Assembly (NCBI GenBank): GCA_964016885.1
Contig: OZ024745.1
Span: 47,430,001-47,494,000, forward strand
From: Eledone cirrhosa
Lineage: Eukaryota
Direction of reading: 5' to 3'
DNA length: 64,000 nucleotides
How positions within the stretch are numbered: the first letter of the stretch is position 1; every line of letters begins with the position of its first letter. Position numbers and translations under genes: made by a program. This document shows, piece after piece, positions 45,101-58,473 of the stretch. The notes beneath the pieces were generated by a model. The model was not told the origin of the DNA, did not search any database, and saw nothing but the letters and a program-made list of their open reading frames with translations.

Positions 45101-45196
45101 TATTCTTTATTATTATTGTAATATAACTTATGTGTATATGTGTATAAGTGAGGTTGTGTATGTATATATACTATGTGTATATATAAGGGTAATGAA

Positions 45197-45231
<35 letters not shown>

Positions 45232-45326
45232 CATGTCTGTATTTTATGTGTGTGTGTATATATATATATATGTGTATGTGTGTATATGTGTATGTATATA
45301 TGCATATATGTGTACGTGTGTGTATG

Positions 45327-45377
<51 letters not shown>

Positions 45378-45487
45378 GGATGTTTGTATGTGTTTTCATG
45401 GTGGTATGAGTGTGGGATATATATGTTTATGTATAAGTATATGTATGTGTATGTATATATATATGAGTCTATGTGTGTGTGTGTATA

Positions 45488-45532
<45 letters not shown>

Positions 45533-46300
45533 ATGTGTGTATGTGTTGCGCGTGTGTGTGTCCGTATTTTTATCTTTTTATATGTGTATGTGTATGTTCG
45601 TGTAAATGTATGTGTGTGTATGACAGTATAGGTATGTGTGTATGTATGTATGTGTAGATATCTCTATGTGCGCGTACATGTACGTATGTGTATGTATATC
45701 TGTATGCGTATGTACATTATATTATGTAATATATTTTATTGTTTTTATTTTTTTATTTTTCATAATTTATAGATACATTTATATTAGGCTGTCTGGTCTG
45801 ACAACCTAATACTGACCCCTCCCCCCCCCTCCCACCTAATTTCTGTATCTTGATCTTGAAATGTGTGTACCAGTGTGTTTATGTGAGTGACTTAATTTCT
45901 ATTTGCTTATGATTTTATATCCACATATATAAATGTGAGTGGGGGGTGTGTGTGTGTTTGTGTGTTCGTGGTTATGTGTATATTTATATATATACGCACA
46001 TGTATGTGTGATTATACTGATATGTGTGAGTATGAAAAAAATATATTTATATGCTTGACTACATAAGTATCATTGCGTATCTTATCAGCGCATTAAGCTT
46101 ACAGAGATATTAACCTTGAAAATTTTTTATTTGCATCCATCTTTTTAGTATGCACATACATATTATACACACATTATTGTAAAATGTGTGTAGGGTTTTA
46201 CATGTATATACACACACCAAACTGCTTTTTAACCCTTTGTGTTTTCATTGGTCAATTTTGAACTGATATTTTGAATTGTTGTTATTATCAATAAATATAC

Positions 46301-46455
46301 TTCATTATTTCTGAAGACGGCGTATATATGAGTTAGGTATGTATATTTAATCTTGATAATTTGTATAATTTTGTATAATTTTGTACATAGATCTGTTAAA
46401 TATGCATACCAATTATAGCACATATATGCCCTAGAAACGATCGTTAAATAGTGAA
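46301..46455 (+). ncRNA. Hammerhead-like motif with ~116 nt stem II
   Basis: ttcattattt-CTGAAGA-long hairpin (includes 15 bp ggtatgtatatttaa/ttaaatatgcatacc)-GAAA-cgatcg-TT-aaatagtgaa; 10 bp stem I. Confidence 0.68.
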
Positions 46456-46640
46456 CTTTTTTTGTTTAATATAAGGAATTGTTTGTTCATTATTTGTTTA
46501 ATATTTTATCTTGACTCTGTATACCGTTTATCTTTCACCGAAATTGGATTTTCATTACATCTCTTCTTTCCATGATATCCGGAATACATTGAGTTCTTCA
46601 TACGGATTGGACACTACCGTAAACTCTTGGTAGATTTATC

Positions 46641-46748
<108 letters not shown>

Positions 46749-46754
46749 CATATA

Positions 46755-46858
<104 letters not shown>

Positions 46859-46882
46859 CATATATATATGTATATATATATG

Positions 46883-46973
<91 letters not shown>

Positions 46974-47007
46974 ATGGGATATATATATATACGGGATATA
47001 TATATAT

Positions 47008-47819
47008 ACGGGATGGAAGAAGTTTAGGGAACTACTACCACTGCTAGCTGCAAAAGGCTTCTCCCTCAGAATGAAAGGCAGACTGTATGATGCGTGTATC
47101 CGAACAGCGATGTTGCATGGTAGTGAGACCTGGGCGCTGAAGGTGGAAGACTTACGTAGATTAGAGAGAAACGAAGCCTGCATGCTCCGATGGATGTGTA
47201 ACAGTAATATACGTGAACGACAAAGCATAAATGAATTGAGAGAGAGACTGAGCATAAGAGGAATCAAATGCTGCGTGCAGGAGAGGCGGTTACGCTGGTA
47301 TGGACATGTGATGCGTATGAAGGATGACAGCTGCATAAAAAGGTGCAGAGCACTAGAAGTTGATGGAAACCGCGGAGTGGGGAGACCCAAGATGACTTGG
47401 GATGAGGTGATAAAAGCCGACCTTACCCAACTACACCTCTCAAAGTCAATGACACACGACCGTGACTTCTGGCGTCACGCAGTAATACAGGGTACCCGAC
47501 CTTTCATGGGTACATGCTGAAGCATATAAACAATATGCCCCCACTCCCCCCACCGCAAGGTGGTCGTGGAGGTGCCACGGCAAAAAAGCACCCAGCCCAC
47601 ACTGTAAAGTGGACGTGTAGGCGCCACGAAAAAGCACCCAGCACTCACTGTAAATGAGGTTGGTGTTAGGAAGGGCATCCAGCTGTAGAAATCAAGCCAG
47701 ATCAGTTCCTGTATGAGCAAGGCATGGTCAGCCGACCAGATACTGCCCACAACAGGACAACCCGTCTAACCCATGCTAGCGTGGAAGAACGGACGTAAAA
47801 CGGTGATGATGATGATGAT
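47008..47819 (+). mobile_element. 5'-truncated RTE LINE (related to the 364-3435 copy)
   Basis: [13 protein letters not shown]...[11 protein letters not shown]...[10 protein letters not shown], stop at 47520, 3' UTR, (GAT)n tail. Confidence 0.92.
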
Positions 47820-49152
47820 ATATATATATATATATATAATGTCTCAGAAATAAAATTCAATTTTCTTAAATGCTTGCTATTCTGTCTTTCACATGTAACA
47901 ATGTATTTTCTATGTCACACCAGACCAGCTGTTCTTAATCCTTTTATGGCCCCTATTCCTCATGTAATACTTTGTATTTGACTTAATTAATGAAAAAATT
48001 GTAGGGATTTACTAAATTTATTGATTTTTTTCATTATTACAATGCTATTTGTAATACCACAGAAGCAGACGGTCTTGAGCAGATTGGTATCAAAAGAGTT
48101 GAATTATTGTTTTCTTCTAAATTTCATTGTCTTGAACGCAGGAGATCTGAGCTAGATATTTATGCTGCCTAACCTTGATTGATGTCTCAAATTGTATTAT
48201 GTTGGACTAACACAATAATGATGAGGAAATAAGTGATATACCCTTACATTGTTATTGTATAGTATCTAATCACAATTATTTCAAGACATTAAATGCTTCA
48301 ATATTAAATATTTCATCTCAATTGATGCAAAGGATTATTTCCAACAATTTCTTTAGCCCAATTTGTTGTTGGATTATAATAGCTATTTTAGAAAAGAATT
48401 AAATACAAGAGCAATTGTTGAAGAAAGCATTTACACTTGAACCTGCATAATATAATTGACCCATCATCATTAGCAGCAGCATTACTGTTTAAATGTTTAT
48501 TTTCATTGTTTGCATGGGTTTGATAGGTTGTCATGTTCTGAGACTAGACATCCTGCTCATTTACTCCACTTTTGGCTTGGATACCCTTCCTAAGGATGTT
48601 CTTCCCAATGTCATTATGATCTCATTGACCAAGTATAATAAAGAAGGCATTTATAATTAACCCAGTATAATATTGATTCTTATTTTATCATCCCCAGAAT
48701 ATGAAGGGTAGAGTCATTATCAGCAACATTTAATATGTGAAATTTGCAGACAAAGACTAAATCTTGCTAATTATCTGCTCAGGCACTGTGCCATTTTGCC
48801 AGCTTCATCACTCTTCCTCTTAAAATTGGTCTCTTTCTTCAGCCAGCTTTGTGCAAAGCTTGTAATAATCACAAACTAGAGGCAAACTGTAAGCTTCATT
48901 TTTGAATGTCCATTAAGTATTTTAGTAACAAGTGTTAAATATATATGATTTACATAAGGATTGTAGCTATATGCACATATAGCATACATGATGTACTCAC
49001 AAGTATTAGAACAGAATTTTTAAATATAGAACTTGAGTTCATAGGCCCATTCCAACTGGCCGACTTATTAGAATATATGTGTTTACAAACACATATACAT
49101 ATGTTTACATGCACACTACATTTATTGAAACATTTGTTTGCTCATTTGGCAG

Positions 49153-49352
49153 GTATCAAGCGGTTTGGAAGCATACGTTCCAGAAAGATTAGTAGTCAGT
49201 CTATCCGGTCAGATAAAAAGTTTTTAGAAGAGGAACAAATGGAAGGTGGTGATTCACAACAAGCTACTAGTGATCATGAAACACAAGAAAGTCATGCTGA
49301 TCAAGATGCCTACGACGAAAAAAACTTGGGTCAAAATATGCCATGGATTAAA
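49153..49352 (+). CDS. unc80: unc-80 exon (IKRFGSIRSRK...QNMPWIK)
   Basis: ag/gt boundaries, phase 1-0, in frame with the following exons. Confidence 0.85.
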
Positions 49353-49799
49353 GTAAGTTTATATCAATTATATATTCTGTAGGGATTTTATAAGAACTTA
49401 AGACCACATGATTGTGAAGCAAACTTACTAACCACTCCACCATACCACCATCCTCATATTACGTGTATGGCTAAGAAGTTCATTTGGCAATCATAAGGTT
49501 CTGAGTACGACCCCACTGTGTGACATCTTGGGTGCAAGTATCATTTTGATTCAAGCCTTGTGAGAAATATTTGGTTGACAGAAACTGTTTGGAAGCCTAT
49601 CAGATTGGCTGAAAGTTTACCTGTAATTTGACGCAATCAATCATCACCGTTTTACAAAAATCACTGTTTTACATCCATTTTCCACACTAGCGTGGGTTAG
49701 TTGAAATTTGTAAAAAAAAAAGGGTTGGTTTCCCTTTTCACTCCTTACTGTCCTATATACATACAAGTGTGGACAGACAGAAACACAATTCTTCTTTTA

Positions 49800-49992
49800 T
49801 AATAATAATTGTTTCTACTTTAGGCACAAGGCCAGCAATTACCCAGTGCATTACTGGTACTTTATTTTATCGACCCCGTAAGGATGAAAGGCAAAGTCAA
49901 CTTCGGCGGGATTTGAACTCAGATCGTAAAGGGACGTAACTATGCTGGAGAGCATGGCGTCCGAACCTCTACCGATACTGCCAAACCACCGC
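49800..49992 (-). mobile_element. tRNA-derived SINE of a second family (Nin/Deu-like central domain)
   Basis: B box GAGTTCAAATCC followed by gactttgcctttcatccttacggggtcgataaaataaagtaccag; decayed relatives at ~11190, 13195, 14095, 30835, 48680 and 51330. Confidence 0.65.
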
Positions 49993-50136
49993 TTTTATAA
50001 TAATAATGATGATGATGATGATGAGTTGAAAGAGAATTCAGTAGAATGCAAACTTTATTTTAGAATCTATATGTCCCTACTGTATTTAAAGGGATTGTGA
50101 ATATCAGTTTAACCATTTCTATTTCTCTATTTTCAG

Positions 50137-50343
50137 ATTGTTGTCCAACTTGCCAATTTGTCTAATTTCATTTGTACTCACCAAAATTATTGTCACCCAT
50201 ATTGTTATGAGCGTCAGCGGCGTAGTTGTTCGCGCTTAATCACAGCAGTGAAAAAAATCTATGAATCTTTAAAAGAAGTGCAAAAACCTCATAAGGTAGT
50301 AGAATTGAGTCGAGAATTACAGAAGGATAAACTCAAGAGAAAA
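50137..50343 (+). CDS. unc80: unc-80 exon (IVVQLANLSNFICTHQNYCHPYCYERQRRSC...KLKRK)
   Basis: tttcag| and |gtaagt, 207 nt, phase 0-0, Cys/His motif. Confidence 0.9.
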
Positions 50344-50892
50344 GTAAGTTATTTATAAATAGTAAATATATAAGGAAAACAATACAATTTTTACATGTTG
50401 ATTTTTATTATTTTTATATTCATATATTAATGTATTCGTTATTGTATTTATGTGTGTATTTATTCATGCAGGAAGCTCTGTACAGTGCTCAAGGGCACTA
50501 CAACTCATCAAAGGTGCACATATAGTACATAGAATAATGTACAAAAGTCAGGAAAGTGAACGGTGTATGAGTCATGATATACACACAGACATACACATGC
50601 ATGCTTGTGTATGGAGGGGGAATATCAGGTGTAGTGTTGACGAATTTTGGGAAGCATGGAAGTTTTGAAGGATGCAGTGTCCCAACAGCTAACAACTGAA
50701 GCAGGTAGTTTATTCCATGCTTCAGCAACCCTGAGCATGAAAAAATGTTTGTGAAGCATTGCTGTAAAAGTTTGTTTGTTTGTATATGTTTGCTTGTGCT
50801 TTATTTTTTGAAATATAAACTTTATTTTACTATGAAATATTAGAAAAATTTGTTTTACATAGTATGTCAGTTATTATAATTGTCTTTTCCAG

Positions 50893-51075
50893 GAATCCCT
50901 TTTTCAGCAAGCGTCACCAACTCGTAGGAGAGAGAGCACTCCTCTTCTTGAAAAAATTAAATCAGATGTGTCTCTATCTAAGCTAAAATTGAGCTCTCCA
51001 CATTGGAAGAAAGAAGAAAAGCCACACAAAGCAAAGGCTGAACCATTACCAATAGTTAAATATGTTACCACTCAA
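50893..51075 (+). CDS. unc80: unc-80 exon (ESLFQQASPT...IVKYVTTQ)
   Basis: ccag| and |gtaaat, 183 nt, phase 0-0. Confidence 0.85.
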
Positions 51076-52080
51076 GTAAATAAAACCTTTACTGAAATTT
51101 TATTTAACCTCTTCTTATTACAGCATAATCAATCATATCATTTTTGTGTTCCTGGGTTCAAGTAAGAATGGAACTACTATTAATACTTAGTGGTGGCCCT
51201 ATTGAATAAGAATCATAGAAAGAATGAAGGAGATTTAAAAAATGGTAAATGGTCCTTAACTCCTGGTAGGGCCCATCCTTCTCAGGTCAGAACATAGCCA
51301 ATTTCTTCCAGAGAGAGTCAACCTCCAGTATTTATTGACCTCAAAAGGATGAAAAGCAGAGTTGACTCAATGGAATTTGAACTCAGAATGCAGTAAGCCA
51401 AAACAAATACCATGGTATTTTTTATTTGATGCCCCTACAACTCTACCAATTTGCCACCTTATGAGGAAGATTTGGGCATTCAAAATGAAACTTGAAAATT
51501 GGAAGTTAGTAACTTTGTAGAAATACATAAGAGCTCATTAATCTAGCATTCCTTGGAATAAAGGATAGCATGAAATATTTTGTCTAGGAATTTACAGAAG
51601 GTGTATGGGGTGGTTGTTTGATTGAAGTTTGTAGTACATTAAAAAAATCCTGATCTGCAGAGACTATTATGTCAGTGATAAAAAGATAGTAAGATAACAC
51701 AATAGGCAAAGTGTAAGTGGTTTCATATTTTCAATAGAAAAATATTCTTATTTTAACTATAAGTTAGTCAGAAGAAAATGGGTACTTCTCAGATTCTACA
51801 GACTTTACCAGGCACATGAAATCGATGCAGTTGGAGTTTAGTTTTATTTGCATGAAAATCATGGGTGAGCAATGAATTAGGATGTCTAGTCCAAATGTTT
51901 CCAAGAAAGCAAACTCCATTAACTTTTAACATCTTATAATGGTTTAGTAGAAAATATCTAAAAATGAGTTTGTAAATTCAAATGTTTATAGTATCTTTAC
52001 TAATGTACGAATTGCTGCTAACATTTGCAGTAAAGACTTAAATCAAATCACATGTTCATGTGTATTTTTATTTCTCTAAG

Positions 52081-52219
52081 GCACATAATCTTACACAATC
52101 ACCAATGGCAGTTGTGACTAAGGCAGCACCCATATTATCTGAAAATACTTTTGTTGATATGATGCCTGTAGCATGGGAACTCATTTTAGAAAGTGATCAA
52201 GAATTAGCTGCTTCAGCAG
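52081..52219 (+). CDS. unc80: unc-80 exon (AHNLTQSP...PVAWELILESDQELAASA)
   Basis: Resembles UNC80 VAWELLL as recalled; aag| and |gtaaga, phase 0-1. Confidence 0.9.
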
Positions 52220-52600
52220 GTAAGATATTGACTCCATCCACAGCTGTCTTTATATTTACATTTGCAACATATTTATTATTCTCTCTGCATGTCCACATTT
52301 ATATCTTTCTTTTAAGGCCCCAATCGATCACTAATCACCATGGTTTTGCACCTAGAAAGTTTGTCTCTGAGGCACAAGCCTGAGCAAGGTTTGTTTGTGA
52401 AAGACCAGCTGTCACCCTTGCATACCAGTTTCCCCTCTCCACGCCATCAATGTTATATTTATATCACCATTGACTAATTCCCTTTATCTAAACAGACTTA
52501 CATTAACCTTTAACACAACTTAGTATATTTCTTTATTATATAATGTACTATCAATATTATGCAGCTAACTAATTGGCTAACATTTACTATTCTGTTTTAG

Positions 52601-52709
52601 CTACTGTGTTCCTGCTAACTTCTGTGAAGGCCCCTGACAAAGCACAAGCCATGCTTGTAAGAGAAATGCAGCATGAAGATGTTAACCACCGAATTAATTC
52701 CATTCTGAG
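52601..52709 (+). CDS. unc80: unc-80 exon (TVFLLTSVKAPD...HRINSILR)
   Basis: ttttag| and |gtttga, phase 1-2. Confidence 0.88.
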
Positions 52710-53145
52710 GTTTGAATCTGATCCACTTATTCATTTATTTATTTGTTTATTTCATGAAGCATTTTTGATGTAGCACCATTAATTACAAGTATTCAGTAGA
52801 CCAACCATTGATTCAATGCATTCACAGTAGTGAAATATACAAGGAAATGTATATGAAACTTGGGCAGAACAAGCATCACAGGGGAATTTTTGTTTGAAGC
52901 AATGCTTTATCAATTTTCTTCTTGATAATTTTGATTTTTGCTGCTATACACCAACAAAAGATATGCAAACACAAACATATGTTGTTTCTTTGAAGTGTTA
53001 TGTTAATATACTGCGAGGTTCTCTGATGTTATTCAGCTGGTGAGTAGTTCAATCCTCACAGATAATACCAACACATTTTTTATACTATATTTAGTTTGTA
53101 TATATAAATGTAGCATTTAAGTTTAAGTTCATAAAAATCTTAACC

Positions 53146-53212
<67 letters not shown>

Positions 53213-53368
53213 CAAAGGAAATGTAGTAAGGAACCAGATGGACCATAACGCACCAGAGTACTCAATACTTAGGGTAGTAGAGTGGGAAATAGGAAAAAGT
53301 ATGACCCCGACGGCTTGAGCTCTGCCGTCGGGGGTCATACTTTTTCCTATATATATATATAGGCAGAT

Positions 53369-53698
53369 GGAGGCACATGGCTTAGTGGTTAGAGCATTGG
53401 CCTTGCAATCGAAAGGTTGTGAGTTCAATTCTCAGACCGGGTGATGTGTTGTTTCCTTGAGCAAGACACTTTATTTCACATTGCTCCAGTTTACTCAGCT
53501 GTAGAAATGAGATGATAGGGACTGGGGTCCCTATCATTCCACTGTAAAGTGGTCATGGAGGTGCCACAGCAAAATAGCACCCAGCACTCACTGTAAATGA
53601 GGTTGGTGTTAGGAAGGGCATCCAGCTGTAGAAATCAAGCCAGAATCAGGTCCCGTCCCACCCTTGCAAGCAGGGAAAAGCGGACGTAAAATGATGAT
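53369..53698 (+). mobile_element. CORE-type SINE
   Basis: Full-length copy with A and B boxes and RTE-like tail. Confidence 0.9.
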
Positions 53699-53719
53699 AT
53701 ATATATATATATATATATA

Positions 53720-54892
53720 TGTGTAAAAGTTCTATTTGAATTGTTGGGATACAACAAGCAAATATTTTTATAACTGATATAAAGCACTCAACAAATAATT
53801 GGAGTAAAAATACGATATTAACAAATGGAAACTATATTTATAAAACCATATTTATTTCATTATACATATTTCAAGGACACCAAGTTAAATTATGGTGTGC
53901 TTTAATCAGATAAAATATAATATAGAGCAGTTTTAAAAATAAATATTGACATACCCTTAAAGAATGCAACCATTACTGTTGGAAGCTCCCAGATAGTGGG
54001 GTTATAACTTTATTTATACTATTTTGTAAATTAGTATTGGATATTTTTATATAAGCTGTTGGGTTACGGAGAAAGAGAGAGAGAGAGAGAAGAAAAGAGA
54101 AGAGAGAGCGAAAGCTCTAAGTGATAGGTTGTTGAGTTATCTTAGCATTTGAGATGAAGTGAAAGAATAAATAAATATTTATTTTTTATGGCTGAATAGA
54201 GAAATGTAAATAATCGTGAATGGAAGATACATATATAATATGAGAATTTTAACCATTGTTTAAATATGATTAAATTTTTAGTTTATCATTTAAATTATTG
54301 AGATCTATACATTAAAAATTGAGATCTATCTATTAAGAAATCTATATATTATTATTAAGACTATATATTATTAAAAGAATATATTCATATATATATACAC
54401 ACATGCACACACAGATATATATATACATATAAATATATATACATACAAATACATATACATATATATACCCACGTACATAATATATACATACAAAGTATAA
54501 AGGATTTTTTAATTTAAGATATAAGAATTTTCATAAGCTTATAGATTTTTCATAGAAAATCTTAGAAAAACAGAGAAAATCATTTCTATGTAATATCAAA
54601 GCAGCGTGAAGGAAATTACGTTATTTAGTTATATAAATGTTACAATTGTTAAGATATTAAAGGAAATTTTATGTTATACACACTTTGTTATTATACAAAT
54701 AAAACCCCACTATCTGGGAGCTTCCAACAGTAATGGTTGCATTCTTTAAGGGTATGTCAATATTTATTTTTAAAACTGCTCTATATTATATTTTATCTGA
54801 TGAAAGCACACCATAATTTTACTTGGTGTCCTTGAAATATGTATAATGAAATAAATATGGTTTTATAAATATAGTTTCCATTTGTTATATCG

Positions 54893-54894
<2 letters not shown>
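53720..54894 (-). mobile_element. ORF-less Penelope-type 3' end with ~190 bp inverted arms
   Basis: 53811-54003 is the reverse complement of 54703-54894; each arm holds a hammerhead motif; flanked by (TA)n. Confidence 0.75.
54789..54853 (+). ncRNA. Type I hammerhead ribozyme
   Basis: tattttat-CTGATGA-aagcacacca(10 nt loop)tggtgtcctt-GAAA-tatgta-TA-atgaaata; 8 bp stem I, 9 of 10 bp in stem II. Confidence 0.82.
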
Positions 54895-54930
<36 letters not shown>

Positions 54931-54933
<3 letters not shown>

Positions 54934-55268
54934 GCACATGGCTTAGTGGTTAGTGCATTGGCCTTGCAATCGAAAAGTTGTGAGTTCAATTTTCAGACCG
55001 GGTGATGTGTTGTTTCCTTGAGCAAGACACTTTTTTTCACATTGCTCCAGTTTACTCAGCTGTAGAAATGAGATGATAGGGACTGGGGTCCATATCATTC
55101 CACTGCAAAGTGGTCGTGGGGGTGCCATGGCAAAAAAGCACCCAGCACTCACTGTAAATGAGGTTGGTGTTAGGAAGGGCATCCAGCTGTAGAAATCAAG
55201 CCAGAATCAGTTCCCGTCCCACCCTTGCAAGCAGGGAAAAAGTGGACGTAAAATGAAATGATGATGAT
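54931..55268 (+). mobile_element. CORE-type SINE
   Basis: Full-length copy of the same family. Confidence 0.9.
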
Positions 55269-55639
55269 AGGTTAACAGAAAAACAGGGCACATATGCTAA
55301 TATTCTATGAATCATTTATTGAATTCTGAAAAGTCTTACATATGTTTCAATGCATTATGCAATCAGCCTGTGAAATCTATATTAGGACATAATCCATTAT
55401 TCTACATTCTCGATAGTATTAAATGTATTTCTTCAGAAAAAGTCCAGGAAAAAGTATATACACAATGATCCTTTGCACAATTCCCATCCACCAAATTCCA
55501 CTCACTCAGCATTAGTGAGAGTATAGCTGTAGTATAAGAAACAGTAATACATTAGGGTCAATTTAATTGACTTTCCCCTTCCCTTAAAGAAAATGGCCTT
55601 ATGCCTAAATAAAAAACCATTATTATTATTGTCTTTCAG

Positions 55640-55712
55640 ATTTGGTACACTTTGGCAATTTCGCTACCAAGTATGGCCTCGCATGGAAGAAGGTGCAAAC
55701 AATATCTTCAAA
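55640..55712 (+). CDS. unc80: unc-80 exon (FGTLWQFRYQVWPRMEEGANNIFK)
   Basis: Matches the conserved UNC80 motif LW.FRYQVWPRMEEGA; phase 2-0. Confidence 0.95.
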
Positions 55713-56869
55713 GTAAGTTAATATACTCAAGATAATAGTTGTGGAGTAGTTATGTTTGTCTTTTATGAAATGTGAAGTGGAAATGATTAAGTAAATGAGG
55801 CATTAGTTAAGTCAAAGAATTTGAGTTCAAATTCATGTTAGGTATGCTTTTATGTCACTGTATATTGCAGAATAACAATTTTTTTTTTCACATTTGTTTA
55901 CATTTTCACAGCAATTATAGCTGCATTAAATTTATCTTAGATATTCTAATATTTATTATTTAAAGTGTGTATGTTTTGGAAGTTGCTACAATGCAGACAG
56001 GGTTGTAAAATATTGAGGTAACAAATCAGATGAGGAAAAAGAGAGGTGAGATGGAATACAAGAAAAAAGAAGAAAAACAAGAAATTATGTTACCTTGGTA
56101 ATATTTATTAATCCTGACATATTTCAGATAGACTATCCATTTTCAAGGGATCTGTTTGGAACTTCAAACAGTACTGGAGAATACTTCTTTAGACTTCCAT
56201 ATGGCTTGTGTTGAAGCTATTATTTACTTAATTATGTAACCAATTTAATTATATATTCTCTTTGATGATTGACTTACCTGCCATAACCTGTAAAGACAAT
56301 CTCTTATGTTTTTCTGTGTACAAAAAGAATAACATGATGCTTTTTCATATTTGTTAATGTTTTCACAATAAGGTTTATAAACTGTAGTTAAATATACTTT
56401 AAATTTATCTTAGACTTTTTAATATACACTATATTGAGTACAACTGTTTATTTGGTTATGATTGTTTTCAGTAAGCTGGTACAATGCAAGTTAGAAATAT
56501 AAGAGTAAAGTAAAATAAAAATTAAAATAACAACTCTATATTTCATGATATTTTGAGGTTAAGATCCCTTTCACAAAAGAAAAGAAATTAAGTGAATTGG
56601 TGAAAGAAAGTGGTGCTTTCCCTGTGGAAATTGAGTGTGATAAGATTATATTAAACATAATTTAATGTTACCTTATTGACATAATATTATATACATATTC
56701 ACATGCATATCATAATCTTCATATGTATTTTTGGAGTTTATATTACTTATATTTATGCATACCAACATAGAAAAACCAGCATTAAAAACAAATTTATGGT
56801 TGTGTTAATGTGTATATAATATATAGATAACATGTATATATTTGTATATATTGCCTTATTATTTTCCAG

Positions 56870-57004
56870 GTCCCTCCACCAAATATTGATTTTACACTGC
56901 CTTCACCAACAATTGGTTTACCAAGTCAGACTGTTATCGATCCACCATGGAAACCACTTTTTAAAGCAAAAATTGAGGAAGTTACTTTAAATCAGGAAGA
57001 AACA
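56870..57004 (+). CDS. unc80: unc-80 exon (VPPPNIDFTLPSPTIGLP...DPPW...NQEET)
   Basis: Conserved PPP.I.FTLPSP motif; ccag| and |gtatgt, 135 nt. Confidence 0.95.
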
Positions 57005-57051
57005 GTATGTATCATTATTTCGTTTTCTTTTAGTTTTTCATTTCTTTTATC

Positions 57052-57730
57052 AGGAAAGGTGTATCCTGCATGTGTGACAAGTGCCATGATTTATGGGAGT
57101 GAGACATGGGTGATGAATCTGGAGCAGAAGAGAAGGCCAGAATGGAAGTGAGAATGGTCTGGTGGATGAGTGATGTAGCACTGAAAGAGAGAGGGAGACA
57201 AACATTGAATTACAGAGGTGGCAGGAATAGAACCAGTAATGGCTGTTGTGAAGAGAAATAGAATGAGATGGTTAGGTCATGTGTTAAGGAAGGATGAAAG
57301 TAACTGGGTGAGAAGAGTGACAGAAATGAATGTGGATGGAAGTAGGGAAATGGGAAGACCAAGAAAAACCTGACTGGGGATGATAGAGAAGGAAATGAAA
57401 GCTAAAGCATTAGTTAGGTGGGATGCAGAAGATAGAAAAAAATGAAGTAGCTTGTCATAGGTCCAGCAATGGCTAATGCTTGCTTTAGTGGGTAAGATTG
57501 CTTTAAGATGTTTGTTGTATTTCATTTATAAGTCTATATTATTGTTTACAACCATTATAAACAGGTAATTGTGTGTATCCAGTTTAGAATAGGTCACAGT
57601 ATCCCTGTGTTGTAAGAGACACCTAAAAGTGTTGATGTGAGGAATGGCATCTTGCTGCAAAACATTGCCTAAAAAGAACTGCCATGTCATGAGATCTGTA
57701 CTGTTAACCCCCGCTTTAGCAGGGGAAATA
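57052..57730 (+). mobile_element. Decayed RTE LINE 3' fragment
   Basis: SAMIYGSETW...RNRMRWLGHVLRKD...GRPRKT, with stops and frameshifts. Confidence 0.75.
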
Positions 57731-58473
57731 GCTGTATAACATTTGTTGTTTTTGTAACCATTGTAAATAGGGATAAATTTAGACATAGGGAGGTCCAAAA
57801 AAATATAATACTGTAAAATCCATATCTAGCAATTAGTATTAGAAAATTTGGGTGTGTAACTACTGATTTTGTATAACGAGTATATGTATAGTTGGAATGA
57901 AGGGTTTCTATTTAAGAAATTTTAAAATATATTTAAACCGTTTTGATACCAGTTCACCTGAAACTGTTCCTGGTTCAACAATACAAAATTGTTTGTTTTA
58001 AAATATATTTATCTAAACACCTGCCATCTTAATTCTGTGTAAGAAGTTATGTGTTCGTATCTCTAGCTTGATAATGAAAAAATTAGTTATATTACTAAAT
58101 CCCACCAAATTCATGATTACTTTCAAATGGTTGGAAAACCATAAGCAGTGTCATTCATTAAAAAATATAGTAGTGAGTGTGTTAATTATTCAGTTTTGAG
58201 ATATTTATCAATGGGAAAACAATATTAGAAAATACTACATGTATTTTTTAATTCTTCTTCTTCTCTCTCCTATTTTTCTTTTTCTTACAAGTACAAATAT
58301 AAACTCATATTCACTTAGTAACACAAAAATGGCAAATATTTCTTTAGGATACTGGGATGTCGGTGCATTTGAATAGTATTTAATGTTAACATGCTCCACT
58401 TAATTACTCTCTCAAATTTCATCCAATATTATTATCATTAAATACCTGTTTCATGTTAATCTAACATATTCAG

